Shown: positions 40,134-55,100 of the stretch, piece by piece | Position numbering within the stretch: position 1 is the stretch's first letter | Layout of the letters: each line of letters starts with the position of its first letter | Assembly (NCBI RefSeq): GCF_009914755.1 | Contig: NC_060927.1 | Length of the DNA: 64,000 nt | Reading direction: 5' to 3' (one strand) | From: the human T2T-CHM13v2.0 reference genome, Homo sapiens | Program-made: the position numbers and the translations under genes | Notes under the pieces: generated by a model | Seen by the model: only the letters and a program-made list of their open reading frames with translations | Told to the model about the DNA's origin: nothing | The model's database searches: none

Positions 40134-43100
40134 ATTGTCTATCATTACACGAAGAAATCCCGTTTACTACGAAGGCCTCAAGGAGGTCCAAATATCCAGC
40201 TGCAGACATTACAAACTGAGTGTTTCCAAAGTGCTCTATGAAAAGAAGTGTTAAACACTGTGAGTTCAATGCACACATCCCAAAGCAGTTTCTGAGAATG
40301 ATTCCGTCTATTTTTTCTACGAAGATATTTCCTTTTCTGCCGTTGGCCTCAAAGCGCTTGAAATCTCCACTTGCAAATTCCACAAAAAGAGAGTTTCAAA
40401 TCTGCTCTGTCTAAAGGAAGGTTCAACTCTGTGAGTTGAATACACACCACAAAAAGAAGTTACTGAGAATTCTTCTGTCTAGCATTATATGAAAAATCCC
40501 GTTTCCAACGAAGGCCACAAAGAGGTCCAAATATCCACTTGCAGATTCTGCAAAAAGAGTGTTTCCAAACTGCTCTATGAAAAGAAACGTTAAACTCTGT
40601 GAGTTGAACGCAAACATCACAAAGTAGTTTCTGAGAATGACTCCGTCTAGTTTTTATATGAAGATATTTCCTTTCCTACCATTCACTTCAAAGCGCTTGA
40701 AGTCTCCCCCTGAAAATTCCACAAAAAGTGTTTCCAATCTGCTCCGCCTAAAGGAAGCTTCAACTCTGTGACTTGAATACCCACAACCCAAAGAAGTTAC
40801 TGAGAATTCTTCTGTCTAGCATTATATGAAGAAATCCCGTTTCCAACGAAGGCCTCAAATACATCCAAATATCCAGTTGCTGACTTTACAAACTGAGTGT
40901 TTCCAAACTGCTCTATGAAAAGAAAGGTTAAACACTGTGAGTTGAACACACACGTACCAAAGTAGTTTCTGAGAATGATTCTATCTAGTTTGCATACGAA
41001 GATATTTCCTTTTCTACCATTGGCCTCAAAGCTCTGAAATCTCCACTTGCAAATTCCACAAAAAGAGAGTTTCAAATCTGCTGTTTCTAAAGGAAAGTTC
41101 AACTCTGAGAGTTGAATACACACCAGAAAAAGCAGTTACTGAGAAGTCTTCTGTCTAGCATTATATGAAGAAATCCCATTTCCAACGAAGACTTCAAAGA
41201 GGTCCAAATATCCACTTGCAGATTCTGCAAAAAGAGTGTTTCGAAACAACTGTATGAAAAGAAAGGTTAAACACTGTGAGTTGAACGCACACATTGCAAA
41301 GCAGTTTCTGAGAATGATTCCGTCTAATTATTATACGAAGGTATTTCCTTTTCTATCATTGGTCTCAAAGCGCTTGATACCTCCACCTGAAAATTCCACA
41401 AAAAGAGTGTTTCCAATCTACTCTGTCTAAAGGAACGTTCAACTCTGTGAGTTGAATACACACACACAGAAAGAATTCACTGAGAATTCTTCTGTCTGGC
41501 ATTACATGAAGAAATCCCGTTTCCAACGAAGGCCTCAAAGAGGTCCAAATATCCACTTGCAGATTCTGCAAAAAGAGTGTTTCAAAACCGCTCCATTAAA
41601 AGGAATGTTGAACTCTGTGAGTTGAATGCAAACATCACAACTCAGTTTCTGAGAATGCTTCTGACTAGATTTTATGGTAAGATATTTCCTTTTCTACCGT
41701 AGGCTTCAATGCCCTCTAAATACACCCTTGCAAATTCTACAAAGAGACTGTTTCATAACTGCTCTATAGGAAGAAAGGTTCAACACTGTGAGTTGAATGC
41801 AGAGATCACAACGTGGTTTCTGCGAATGATTCTTTGTAGTTTTTACATGAAGATATTTCGTTGTCAACCGTAGGCTTCAAAGCACTCAAAGTATTCACTT
41901 GGAACTTTTACAAAAAGAGTGTTAGAAAACTGCTCTTTCCAAAGTAAGGTTCAACTCTGTGAGTTGAATGCACACATAACAATCAAGAAGTTTCTGAGAA
42001 TTCTTCTGTCCTGGTTTATATGAAAAAATCCCGTTTCCAACGAAGGCCTCAAAGACGTTTAAATATCCACTTGCAGACTTCACAAACAGAGTGTTTCCAA
42101 ACTGCTCTATGAAAAGAAAGGTTAAACTCTGTGAGTTGAACGCACACATCACAAAGTAGCTTCTGAGAATGATACTGTCTAGTTTTTATACGAAGATATT
42201 TCCTTTCTACCATTGGTGTCAAAGCGCTAGAATTCTCCACTTGCAAATTCCACAAAAAGAGTGTTTCCAATCTGCTCTGTCTAAAGGAAGGTTCAACTCT
42301 GTGAGTTGAATACACACACACAAAGAAGCTACTGAGAATTCTTTTGTCAAGAATTATAAGAAGAAATCCCGTTTCCAACGAAGGCCTCAAAGAGTTCCAA
42401 ATATCCACTTGCACACTGCACAAACTAAGTCTTTCCAAACTGCTCTATGCAAAGAAATGTTCAACTCTGTGAGTTTAATACACACATCACAAAGCAGTTT
42501 CTGAGAATGATACTGTCTAGTTTTTATACGAAGATATTTCCTTTTGTACCATTGGCCTCATACTGCTAGAATTTTCCACTTGCAAATTCCACAAAAAGAG
42601 TGTTTCCAATCCGCTCTGTCTAAAGGAAGGTTCAACTCTCTGATTTGAATACATACATCCCAAAAGAAGTTACTGAGAATTCTTCTGTCTAGCATTATGT
42701 GAAGAAATCCCGTTTCCAACGAAAGCCTCAAAGAGGTCCAAATATCCAGTTGCAGAATTTACAAACTGACTGTTTCCAAACTCATCTATGAAAAGAAAGG
42801 TTAAACTCTGGGAGTTGAATGCACATATCACAAAGTAGTTCCTGAGAATGATTCTGTCTAGTTTTTATACGAAGATATTTCCTTTTCCACCAATGGCCTC
42901 AAAGTGCTTGAAATCTCCCCTTGCAAATTCCACAGACAAGTGTTTCAAATCTACACTGTCTAAAGGAAGGTTCAACCCTGTGAGTTGAATACACACACAC
43001 AGAAAAAAATTCACTGAGAATTCTATTGTCTATCATTACACGAAGAAATCCCGTTTACTACGAAGGCCTCAAAGAGGTCCAAATATCCAGCTGCAGACAT

Positions 43101-46100
43101 TACAACCTGAGTGTTTCCAAAGTGCTCTATGAAAAGAAGTGTTAAACACTGTGAGTTCAATGCACACATCCCAAAGCAGTTTCTGAGAATGATTCCGTCT
43201 ATTTTTTCTACAAAGATATTTACTTTTCTACCGTTGGCCTCAAAGCGCTTGAAATCTCCACTTGCAAATTCCACAAAAAGAGAGTTTCAAATCTGCTCTG
43301 TCTAAAGGAAGGTTCAACTCTGTGAGTTGAATACACACCACAAAAAGAAGTTACTGAGAATTCTTCTGTCTAGCATTATATGAAAAATCCCGTTTCCAAC
43401 GAAGGCCACAAAGAGGTCCAAATATCCACTTGCAGATTCTGCAAAAAGAGTGTTTCCAAACTGCTCTATGAAAAGAAACGTTAAACTCTGTGAGTTGAAC
43501 GCAAACATCACAAAGTAGTTTCTGAGAATGACTCCGTCTAGTTTTTATACGAAGATATTTCCTTTCCTACCATTCACTTCAAAGCGCTTGAAGTCTCCCC
43601 CTGAAAATTCCACAAAAAGTGTTTCCAATCTGCTCCGCCTAAAGGAAGCTTCAACTCTGTGACTTGAATACCCACAACCCAAAGAAGTTACTGAGAATTC
43701 TTCTGTCTAGCATTATATGAAGAAATCCCGTTTCCAACGAAGGCCTCAAATACATCCAAATATCCAGTTGCTGACTTTACAAACTGAGTGTTTCCAAACT
43801 GCTCTATGAAAAGAAAGGTTAAACACTGTGAGTTGAACACACACGTACCAAAGTAGTTTCTGAGAATGATTCTGTCTAGTTTGCATACGAAGATATTTCC
43901 TTTTCTACCATTGGCCTCAAAGCTCTGAAATCTCCACTTGCAAATTCCACAAAAAGAGAGTTTCAACTCTGCTGTTTCTAAAGGAAAGTTCAACTCTGAG
44001 AGTTGAATACACACCAGAAAAAGCAGTTACTGAGAAGTCTTCTGTCTAGCATTATATGAAGAAATCCCATTTCCAACGAAGACTTCAAAGAGGTCCAAAT
44101 ATCCACTTGCAGATTCTGCAAAAAGAGTGTTTCGAAACAACTGTATGAAAAGAAAGGTTAAACACTGTGAGTTGAACGCACACATTGCAAAGCAGTTTCT
44201 GAGAATGATTCCGTCTAATTATTATACGAAGGTATTTCCTTTTCTATCATTGGCCTCAAAGCGCTTGATACCTCCACCTGAAAATTCCACAAAAAGAGTG
44301 TTTCCAATCTACTCTGTCTAAAGGAACGTTCAACTCTGTGAGTTGAATACACACACACAGAAAGAATTCACTGAGTATTCTTCTGTCTGGCATTACATGA
44401 AGAAATCCCGTTTCCAACGAAGGCCTCAAAGAGGTCCAAATATCCACTTGCAGATTCTGCAAAAAGAGTGTTTCAAAACCGCTCCATTAAAAGGAATGTT
44501 GAACTCTGTGAGTTGAATGGAAACATCACAACTCAGTTGCTGAGAATGCTTCTGACTAGATTTTATGGTAAGATATTTCCTTTTCTACCGTAGGCTTCAA
44601 TGCCCTCTAAATACACCCTTGCAAATTCTACAAAGAGACTGTTTCATAACTGCTCTATAGGAAGAAAGGTTCAACTCTGTGAGTTGAATGCAGAGATCAC
44701 AACGTGGTTTCTGCGAATGATTCTTTGTAGTTTTTACAGGAAGATATTTCGTTGTCAACCGTAGGCTTCAAAGCACTCAAAGTATTCACTTGGAACTTTT
44801 ACAAAAAGAGTGTTAGAAAACTGCTCTTTCCAAAGTAAGGTTCAACTCTGTGAGTTGAATGCACACATAACAATCAAGAAGTTTCTGAGAATTCTTCTGT
44901 CCTGGTTTATATGAAAAAATCCCGTTTCCAACGAAGGCCTCAAAGACGTTTAAATATCCACTTGCAGACTTCACAAACAGAGTGTTTCCAAACTGCTCTA
45001 TGAAAAGAAAGGTTAAACTCTGTGAGTTGAACGCACACATCACAAAGTAGCTTCTGAGAATGATACTGTCTAGTTTTTATACGAAGATATTTCCTTTCTA
45101 CCATTGGTGTCAAAGCGCTAGAATTCTCCACTTGCAAATTCCACAAAAAGAGTGTTTCCAATCTGCTCTGTCTAAAGGAAGGTTCAACTCTGTGAGTTGA
45201 ATACACACACACAAAGAAGCTACTGAGAATTCTTTTGTCAAGAATTATAAGAAGAAATCCCGTTTCCAACGAAGGCCTCAAAGAGTTCCAAATATCCACT
45301 TGCACACTGCACAAACTAAGTCTTTCCAAACTGCTCTATGCAAAGAAATGTTCAACTCTGTGAGTTTAATACACACATCACAAAGCAGTTTCTGAGAATG
45401 ATACTGTCTAGTTTTTATACGAAGATATTTCCTTTTGTACCATTGGCCTCATACTGCTAGAATTTTCCACTTGCAAATTCCACAAAAAGAGTGTTTCCAA
45501 TCCGCTCTGTCTAAAGGAAGGTTCAACTCTCTGATTTGAATACATACATCCCAAAAGAAGTTACTGAGAATTCTTCTGTCTAGCATTATGTGAAGAAATC
45601 CCGTTTCCAACGAAAGCCTCAAAGAGGTCCAAATATCCAGTTGCAGAATTTACAAACTGACTGTTTCCAAACTCATCTATGAAAAGAAAGGTTAAACTCT
45701 GGGAGTTGAATGCACATATCACAAAGTAGTTCCTGAGAATGATTCTGTCTAGTTTTTATACGAAGATATTTCCTTTTCCACCAATGGCCTCAAAGTGCTT
45801 GAAATCTCCCCTTGCAAATTCCACAGACAAGTGTTTCAAATCTACACTGTCTAAAGGAAGGTTCAACCCTGTGAGTTGAATACACACACACAGAAAAAAA
45901 TTCACTGAGAATTCTATTGTCTATCATTACACGAAGAAATCCCGTTTACTACGAAGGCCTCAAAGAGGTCCAAATATCCAGCTGCAGACATTACAACCTG
46001 AGTGTTTCCAAAGTGCTCTATGAAAAGAAGTGTTAAACACTGTGAGTTCAATGCACACATCCCAAAGCAGTTTCTGAGAATGATGCCGTCTATTTTTTCT

Positions 46101-49100
46101 ACGAAGATATTTACTTTTCTACCGTTGGCCTCAAAGCGCTTGAAATCTCCACTTGCAAATTCCACAAAAAGAGAGTTTCAAATCTGCTCTGTCTAAAGGA
46201 AGGTTCAACTCTGTGAGTTGAATACACACCACAAAAAGAAGTTACTGAGAATTCTTCTGTCTAGCATTATATGAAAAATCCCGTTTCCAACGAAGGCCAC
46301 AAAGAGGTCCAAATATCCACTTGCAGATTCTGCAAAAAGAGTGTTTCCAAACTGCTCTATGAAAAGAAACGTTAAACTCTGTGAGTTGAACGCAAACATC
46401 ACAAAGTAGTTTCTGAGAATGACTCCGTCTAGTTTTTATACGAAGATATTTCCTTTCCTACCATTCACTTCAAAGCGCTTGAAGTCTCCCCCTGAAAATT
46501 CCACAAAAAGTGTTTCCAATCTGCTCCGCCTAAAGGAAGCTTCAACTCTGTGACTTGAATACCCACAACCCAAAGAAGTTACTGAGAATTCTTCTGTCTA
46601 GCATTATATGAAGAAATCCCGTTTCCAACGAAGGCCTCAAATACATCCAAATATCCAGTTGCTGACTTTACAAACTGAGTGTTTCCAAACTGCTCTATGA
46701 AAAGAAAGGTTAAACACTGTGAGTTGAACACACACGTACCAAAGTAGTTTCTGAGAATGATTCTGTCTAGTTTGCATACGAAGATATTTCCTTTTCTACC
46801 ATTGGCCTCAAAGCTCTGAAATCTCCACTTGCAAATTCCACAAAAAGAGAGTTTCAACTCTGCTGTTTCTAAAGGAAAGTTCAACTCTGAGAGTTGAATA
46901 CACACCAGAAAAAGCAGTTACTGAGAAGTCTTCTGTCTAGCATTATATGAAGAAATCCCATTTCCAACGAAGACTTCAAAGAGGTCCAAATATCCACTTG
47001 CAGATTCTGCAAAAAGAGTGTTTCGAAACAACTGTATGAAAAGAAAGGTTAAACACTGTGAGTTGAACGCACACATTGCAAAGCAGTTTCTGAGAATGAT
47101 TCCGTCTAATTATTATACGAAGGTATTTCCTTTTCTATCATTGGCCTCAAAGCGCTTGATACCTCCACCTGAAAATTCCACAAAAAGAGTGTTTCCAATC
47201 TACTCTGTCTAAAGGAACGTTCAACTCTGTGAGTTGAATACACACACACAGAAAGAATTCACTGAGAATTCTTCTGTCTGGCATTACATGAAGAAATCCC
47301 GTTTCCAACGAAGGCCTCAAAGAGGTCCAAATATCCACTTGCAGATTCTGCAAAAAGAGTGTTTCAAAACCGCTCCATTAAAAGGAATGTTGAACTCTGT
47401 GAGTTGAATGGAAACATCACAACTCAGTTGCTGAGAATGCTTCTGACTAGATTTTATGGTAAGATATTTCCTTTTCTACCGTAGGCTTCAATGCCCTCTA
47501 AATACACCCTTGCAAATTCTACAAAGAGACTGTTTCATAACTGCTCTATAGGAAGAAAGGTTCAACTCTCTGAGTTGAATGCAGAGATCACAACGTGGTT
47601 TCTGCGAATGATTCTTTGTAGTTTTTACAGGAAGATATTTCGTTGTCAACCGTAGGCTTCAAAGCACTCAAAGTATTCACTTGGAACTTTTACAAAAAGA
47701 GTGTTAGAAAACTGCTCTTTCCAAAGTAAGGTTCAACTCTGTGAGTTGAATGCACACATAACAATCAAGAAGTTTCTGAGAATTCTTCTGTCCTGGTTTA
47801 TATGAAAAAATCCCGTTTCCAACGAAGGCCTCAAAGACGTTTAAATATCCACTTGCAGACTTCACAAACAGAGTGTTTCCAAACTGCTCTATGAAAAGAA
47901 AGGTTAAACTCTGTGAGTTGAACGCACACATCACAAAGTAGCTTCTGAGAATGATACTGTCTAGTTTTTATACGAAGATATTTCCTTTCTACCATTGGTG
48001 TCAAAGCGCTAGAATTCTCCACTTGCAAATTCCACAAAAAGAGTGTTTCCAATCTGCTCTGTCTAAAGGAAGGTTCAACTCTGTGAGTTGAATACACACA
48101 CACAAAGAAGCTACTGAGAATTCTTTTGTCAAGAATTATAAGAAGAAATCCCGTTTCCAACGAAGGCCTCAAAGAGTTCCAAATATCCACTTGCACACTG
48201 CACAAACTAAGTCTTTCCAAACTGCTCTATGCAAAGAAATGTTCAACTCTGTGAGTTTAATACACACATCACAAAGCAGTTTCTGAGAATGATACTGTCT
48301 AGTTTTTATACGAAGATATTTCCTTTTGTACCATTGGCCTCATACTGCTAGAATTTTCCACTTGCAAATTCCACAAAAAGAGTGTTTCCAATCCGCTCTG
48401 TCTAAAGGAAGGTTCAACTCTCTGATTTGAATACATACATCCCAAAAGAAGTTACTGAGAATTCTTCTGTCTAGCATTATGTGAAGAAATCCCGTTTCCA
48501 ACGAAAGCCTCAAAGAGGTCCAAATATCCAGTTGCAGAATTTACAAACTGACTGTTTCCAAACTCATCTATGAAAAGAAAGGTTAAACTCTGGGAGTTGA
48601 ATGCACATATCACAAAGTAGTTCCTGAGAATGATTCTGTCTAGTTTTTATACGAAGATATTTCCTTTTCCACCAATGGCCTCAAAGTGCTTGAAATCTCC
48701 CCTTGCAAATTCCACAGACAAGTGTTTCAAATCTACACTGTCTAAAGGAAGGTTCAACCCTGTGAGTTGAATACACACACACAGAAAAAAATTCACTGAG
48801 AATTCTATTGTCTATCATTACACGAAGAAATCCCGTTTACTACGAAGGCCTCAAAGAGGTCCAAATATCCAGCTGCAGACATTACAAACTGAGTGTTTCC
48901 AAAGTGCTCTATGAAAAGAAGTGTTAAACACTGTGAGTTCAATGCACACATCCCAAAGCAGTTTCTGAGAATGATGCCGTCTATTTTTTCTACGAAGATA
49001 TTTCCTTTTCTGCCGTTGGCCTCAAAGCGCTTGAAATCTCCACTTGCAAATTCCACAAAAAGAGAGTTTCAAATCTGCTCTGTCTAAAGGAAGGTTCAAC

Positions 49101-52100
49101 TCTGTGAGTTGAATACACACCACAAAAAGAAGTTACTGAGAATTCTTCTGTCTAGCATTATATGAAAAATCCCGTTTCCAACGAAGGCCACAAAGAGGTC
49201 CAAATATCCACTTGCAGATTCTGCAAAAAGAGTGTTTCCAAACTGCTCTATGAAAAGAAACGTTAAACTCTGTGAGTTGAACGCAAACATCACAAAGTAG
49301 TTTCTGAGAATGACTCCGTCTAGTTTTTATACGAAGATATTTCCTTTCCTACCATTCACTTCAAAGCGCTTGAAGTCTCCCCCTGAAAATTCCACAAAAA
49401 GTGTTTCCAATCTGCTCCGCCTAAAGGAAGCTTCAACTCTGTGACTTGAATACCCACAACCCAAAGAAGTTACTGAGAATTCTTCTGTCTAGCATTATAT
49501 GAAGAAATCCCGTTTCCAACGAAGGCCTCAAATACATCCAAATATCCAGTTGCTGACTTTACAAACTGAGTGTTTCCAAACTGCTCTATGAAAAGAAAGG
49601 TTAAACACTGTGAGTTGAACACACACGTACCAAAGTAGTTTCTGAGAATGATTCTATCTAGTTTGCATACGAAGATATTTCCTTTTCTACCATTGGCCTC
49701 AAAGCTCTGAAATCTCCACTTGCAAATTCCACAAAAAGAGAGTTTCAAATCTGCTGTTTCTAAAGGAAAGTTCAACTCTGAGAGTTGAATACACACCAGA
49801 AAAAGCAGTTACTGAGAAGTCTTCTGTCTAGCATTATATGAAGAAATCCCATTTCCAACGAAGACTTCAAAGAGGTCCAAATATCCACTTGCAGATTCTG
49901 CAAAAAGAGTGTTTCGAAACAACTGTATGAAAAGAAAGGTTAAACACTGTGAGTTGAACGCACACATTGCAAAGCAGTTTCTGAGAATGATTCCGTCTAA
50001 TTATTATACGAAGGTATTTCCTTTTCTATCATTGGTCTCAAAGCGCTTGATACCTCCACCTGAAAATTCCACAAAAAGAGTGTTTCCAATCTACTCTGTC
50101 TAAAGGAACGTTCAACTCTGTGAGTTGAATACACACACACAGAAAGAATTCACTGAGAATTCTTCTGTCTGGCATTACATGAAGAAATCCCGTTTCCAAC
50201 GAAGGCCTCAAAGAGGTCCAAATATCCACTTGCAGATTCTGCAAAAAGAGTGTTTCAAAACCGCTCCATTAAAAGGAATGTTGAACTCTGTGAGTTGAAT
50301 GCAAACATCACAACTCAGTTTCTGAGAATGCTTCTGACTAGATTTTATGGTAAGATATTTCCTTTTCTACCGTAGGCTTCAATGCCCTCTAAATACACCC
50401 TTGCAAATTCTACAAAGAGACTGTTTCATAACTGCTCTATAGGAAGAAAGGTTCAACACTGTGAGTTGAATGCAGAGATCACAACGTGGTTTCTGCGAAT
50501 GATTCTTTGTAGTTTTTACATGAAGATATTTCGTTGTCAACCGTAGGCTTCAAAGCACTCAAAGTATTCACTTGGAACTTTTACAAAAAGAGTGTTAGAA
50601 AACTGCTCTTTCCAAAGTAAGGTTCAACTCTGTGAGTTGAATGCACACATAACAATCAAGAAGTTTCTGAGAATTCTTCTGTCCTGGTTTATATGAAAAA
50701 ATCCCGTTTCCAACGAAGGCCTCAAAGACGTTTAAATATCCACTTGCAGACTTCACAAACAGAGTGTTTCCAAACTGCTCTATGAAAAGAAAGGTTAAAC
50801 TCTGTGAGTTGAACGCACACATCACAAAGTAGCTTCTGAGAATGATACTGTCTAGTTTTTATACGAAGATATTTCCTTTCTACCATTGGTGTCAAAGCGC
50901 TAGAATTCTCCACTTGCAAATTCCACAAAAAGAGTGTTTCCAATCTGCTCTGTCTAAAGGAAGGTTCAACTCTGTGAGTTGAATACACACACACAAAGAA
51001 GCTACTGAGAATTCTTTTGTCAAGAATTATAAGAAGAAATCCCGTTTCCAACGAAGGCCTCAAAGAGTTCCAAATATCCACTTGCACACTGCACAAACTA
51101 AGTCTTTCCAAACTGCTCTATGCAAAGAAATGTTCAACTCTGTGAGTTTAATACACACATCACAAAGCAGTTTCTGAGAATGATACTGTCTAGTTTTTAT
51201 ACGAAGATATTTCCTTTTGTACCATTGGCCTCATACTGCTAGAATTTTCCACTTGCAAATTCCACAAAAAGAGTGTTTCCAATCCGCTCTGTCTAAAGGA
51301 AGGTTCAACTCTCTGATTTGAATACATACATCCCAAAAGAAGTTACTGAGAATTCTTCTGTCTAGCATTATGTGAAGAAATCCCGTTTCCAACGAAAGCC
51401 TCAAAGAGGTCCAAATATCCAGTTGCAGAATTTACAAACTGACTGTTTCCAAACTCATCTATGAAAAGAAAGGTTAAACTCTGGGAGTTGAATGCACATA
51501 TCACAAAGTAGTTCCTGAGAATGATTCTGTCTAGTTTTTATACGAAGATATTTCCTTTTCCACCAATGGCCTCAAAGTGCTTGAAATCTCCCCTTGCAAA
51601 TTCCACAGACAAGTGTTTCAAATCTACACTGTCTAAAGGAAGGTTCAACCCTGTGAGTTGAATACACACACACAGAAAAAAATTCACTGAGAATTCTATT
51701 GTCTATCATTACACGAAGAAATCCCGTTTACTACGAAGGCCTCAAAGAGGTCCAAATATCCAGCTGCAGACATTACAACCTGAGTGTTTCCAAAGTGCTC
51801 TATGAAAAGAAGTGTTAAACACTGTGAGTTCAATGCACACATCCCAAAGCAGTTTCTGAGAATGATTCCGTCTATTTTTTCTACGAAGATATTTCCTTTT
51901 CTACCGTTGGCCTCAAAGCGCTTGAAATCTCCACTTGCAAATTCCACAAAAAGAGAGTTTCAAATCTGCTCTGTCTAAAGGAAGGTTCAACTCTGTGAGT
52001 TGAATACACACCACAAAAAGAAGTTACTGAGAATTCTTCTGTCTAGCATTATATGAAAAATCCCGTTTCCAACGAAGGCCACAAAGAGGTCCAAATATCC

Positions 52101-55100
52101 ACTTGCAGATTCTGCAAAAAGAGTGTTTCCAAACTGCTCTATGAAAAGAAACGTTAAACTCTGTGAGTTGAACGCAAACATCACAAAGTAGTTTCTGAGA
52201 ATGACTCCGTCTAGTTTTTATACGAAGATATTTCCTTTCCTACCATTCACTTCAAAGCGCTTGAAGTCTCCCCCTGAAAATTCCACAAAAAGTGTTTCCA
52301 ATCTGCTCCGCCTAAAGGAAGCTTCAACTCTGTGACTTGAATACCCACAACCCAAAGAAGTTACTGAGAATTCTTCTGTCTAGCATTATATGAAGAAATC
52401 CCGTTTCCAACGAGGCCTCAAATACATCCAAATATCCAGTTGCTGACTTTACAAACTGAGTGTTTCCAAACTGCTCTATGAAAAGAAAGGTTAAACACTG
52501 TGAGTTGAACACACACGTACCAAAGTAGTTTCTGAGAATGATTCTGTCTAGTTTGCATACGAAGATATTTCCTTTTCTACCATTGGCCTCAAAGCTCTGA
52601 AATCTCCACTTGCAAATTCCACAAAAAGAGAGTTTCAACTCTGCTGTTTCTAAAGGAAAGTTCAACTCTGAGAGTTGAATACACACCAGAAAAAGCAGTT
52701 ACTGAGAAGTCTTCTGTCTAGCATTATATGAAGAAATCCCATTTCCAACGAAGACTTCAAAGAGGTCCAAATATCCACTTGCAGATTCTGCAAAAAGAGT
52801 GTTTCGAAACAACTGTATGAAAAGAAAGGTTAAACACTGTGAGTTGAACGCACACATTGCAAAGCGGTTTCTGAGAATGATTCCGTCTAATTATTATACG
52901 AAGGTATTTCCTTTTCTATCATTGGCCTCAAAGCGCTTGATACCTCCACCTGAAAATTCCACAAAAAGAGTGTTTCCAATCTACTCTGTCTAAAGGAACG
53001 TTCAACTCTGTGAGTTGAATACACACACACAGAAAGAATTCACTGAGAATTCTTCTGTCTGGCATTACATGAAGAAATCCCGTTTCCAACGAAGGCCTCA
53101 AAGAGGTCCAAATATCCACTTGCAGATTCTGCAAAAAGAGTGTTTCAAAACCGCTCCATTAAAAGGAATGTTGAACTCTGTGAGTTGAATGGAAACATCA
53201 CAACTCAGTTGCTGAGAATGCTTCTGACTAGATTTTATGGTAAGATATTTCCTTTTCTACCGTAGGCTTCAATGCCCTCTAAATACACCCTTGCAAATTC
53301 TACAAAGAGACTGTTTCATAACTGCTCTATAGGAAGAAAGGTTCAACTCTGTGAGTTGAATGCAGAGATCACAACGTGGTTTCTGCGAATGATTCTTTGT
53401 AGTTTTTACAGGAAGATATTTCGTTGTCAACCGTAGGCTTCAAAGCACTCAAAGTATTCACTTGGAACTTTTACAAAAAGAGTGTTAGAAAACTGCTCTT
53501 TCCAAAGTAAGGTTCAACTCTGTGAGTTGAATGCACACATAACAATCAAGAAGTTTCTGAGAATTCTTCTGTCCTGGTTTATATGAAAAAATCCCGTTTC
53601 CAACGAAGGCCTCAAAGACGTTTAAATATCCACTTGCAGACTTCACAAACAGAGTGTTTCCAAACTGCTCTATGAAAAGAAAGGTTAAACTCTGTGAGTT
53701 GAACGCACACATCACAAAGTAGCTTCTGAGAATGATACTGTCTAGTTTTTATACGAAGATATTTCCTTTCTACCATTGGTGTCAAAGCGCTAGAATTCTC
53801 CACTTGCAAATTCCACAAAAAGAGTGTTTCCAATCTGCTCTGTCTAAAGGAAGGTTCAACTCTGTGAGTTGAATACACACACACAAAGAAGCTACTGAGA
53901 ATTCTTTTGTCAAGAATTATAAGAAGAAATCCCGTTTCCAACGAAGGCCTCAAAGAGTTCCAAATATCCACTTGCACACTGCACAAACTAAGTCTTTCCA
54001 AACTGCTCTATGCAAAGAAATGTTCAACTCTGTGAGTTTAATACACACATCACAAAGCAGTTTCTGAGAATGATACTGTCTAGTTTTTATACGAAGATAT
54101 TTCCTTTTGTACCATTGGCCTCATACTGCTAGAATTTTCCACTTGCAAATTCCACAAAAAGAGTGTTTCCAATCCGCTCTGTCTAAAGGAAGGTTCAACT
54201 CTCTGATTTGAATACATACATCCCAAAAGAAGTTACTGAGAATTCTTCTGTCTAGCATTATGTGAAGAAATCCCGTTTCCAACGAAAGCCTCAAAGAGGT
54301 CCAAATATCCAGTTGCAGAATTTACAAACTGACTGTTTCCAAACTCATCTATGAAAAGAAAGGTTAAACTCTGGGAGTTGAATGCACATATCACAAAGTA
54401 GTTCCTGAGAATGATTCTGTCTAGTTTTTATACGAAGATATTTCCTTTTCCACCAATGGCCTCAAAGTGCTTGAAATCTCCCCTTGCAAATTCCACAGAC
54501 AAGTGTTTCAAATCTACACTGTCTAAAGGAAGGTTCAACCCTGTGAGTTGAATACACACACACAGAAAAAAATTCACTGAGAATTCTATTGTCTATCATT
54601 ACACGAAGAAATCCCGTTTACTACGAAGGCCTCAAAGAGGTCCAAATATCCAGCTGCAGACATTACAAACTGAGTGTTTCCAAAGTGCTCTATGAAAAGA
54701 AGTGTTAAACACTGTGAGTTCAATGCACACATCCCAAAGCAGTTTCTGAGAATGATGCCGTCTATTTTTTCTACGAAGATATTTCCTTTTCTGCCGTTGG
54801 CCTCAAAGCGCTTGAAATCTCCACTTGCAAATTCCACAAAAAGAGAGTTTCAAATCTGCTCTGTCTAAAGGAAGGTTCAACTCTGTGAGTTGAATACACA
54901 CCACAAAAAGAAGTTACTGAGAATTCTTCTGTCTAGCATTATATGAAAAATCCCGTTTCCAACGAAGGCCACAAAGAGGTCCAAATATCCACTTGCAGAT
55001 TCTGCAAAAAGAGTGTTTCCAAACTGCTCTATGAAAAGAAACGTTAAACTCTGTGAGTTGAACGCAAACATCACAAAGTAGTTTCTGAGAATGACTCCGT

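Noticed and set aside
52324-52686. Unique longer 120-aa ORF
   Set aside because: It arises from the 1-bp deletion at ~52413 shifting frame within repeat sequence.
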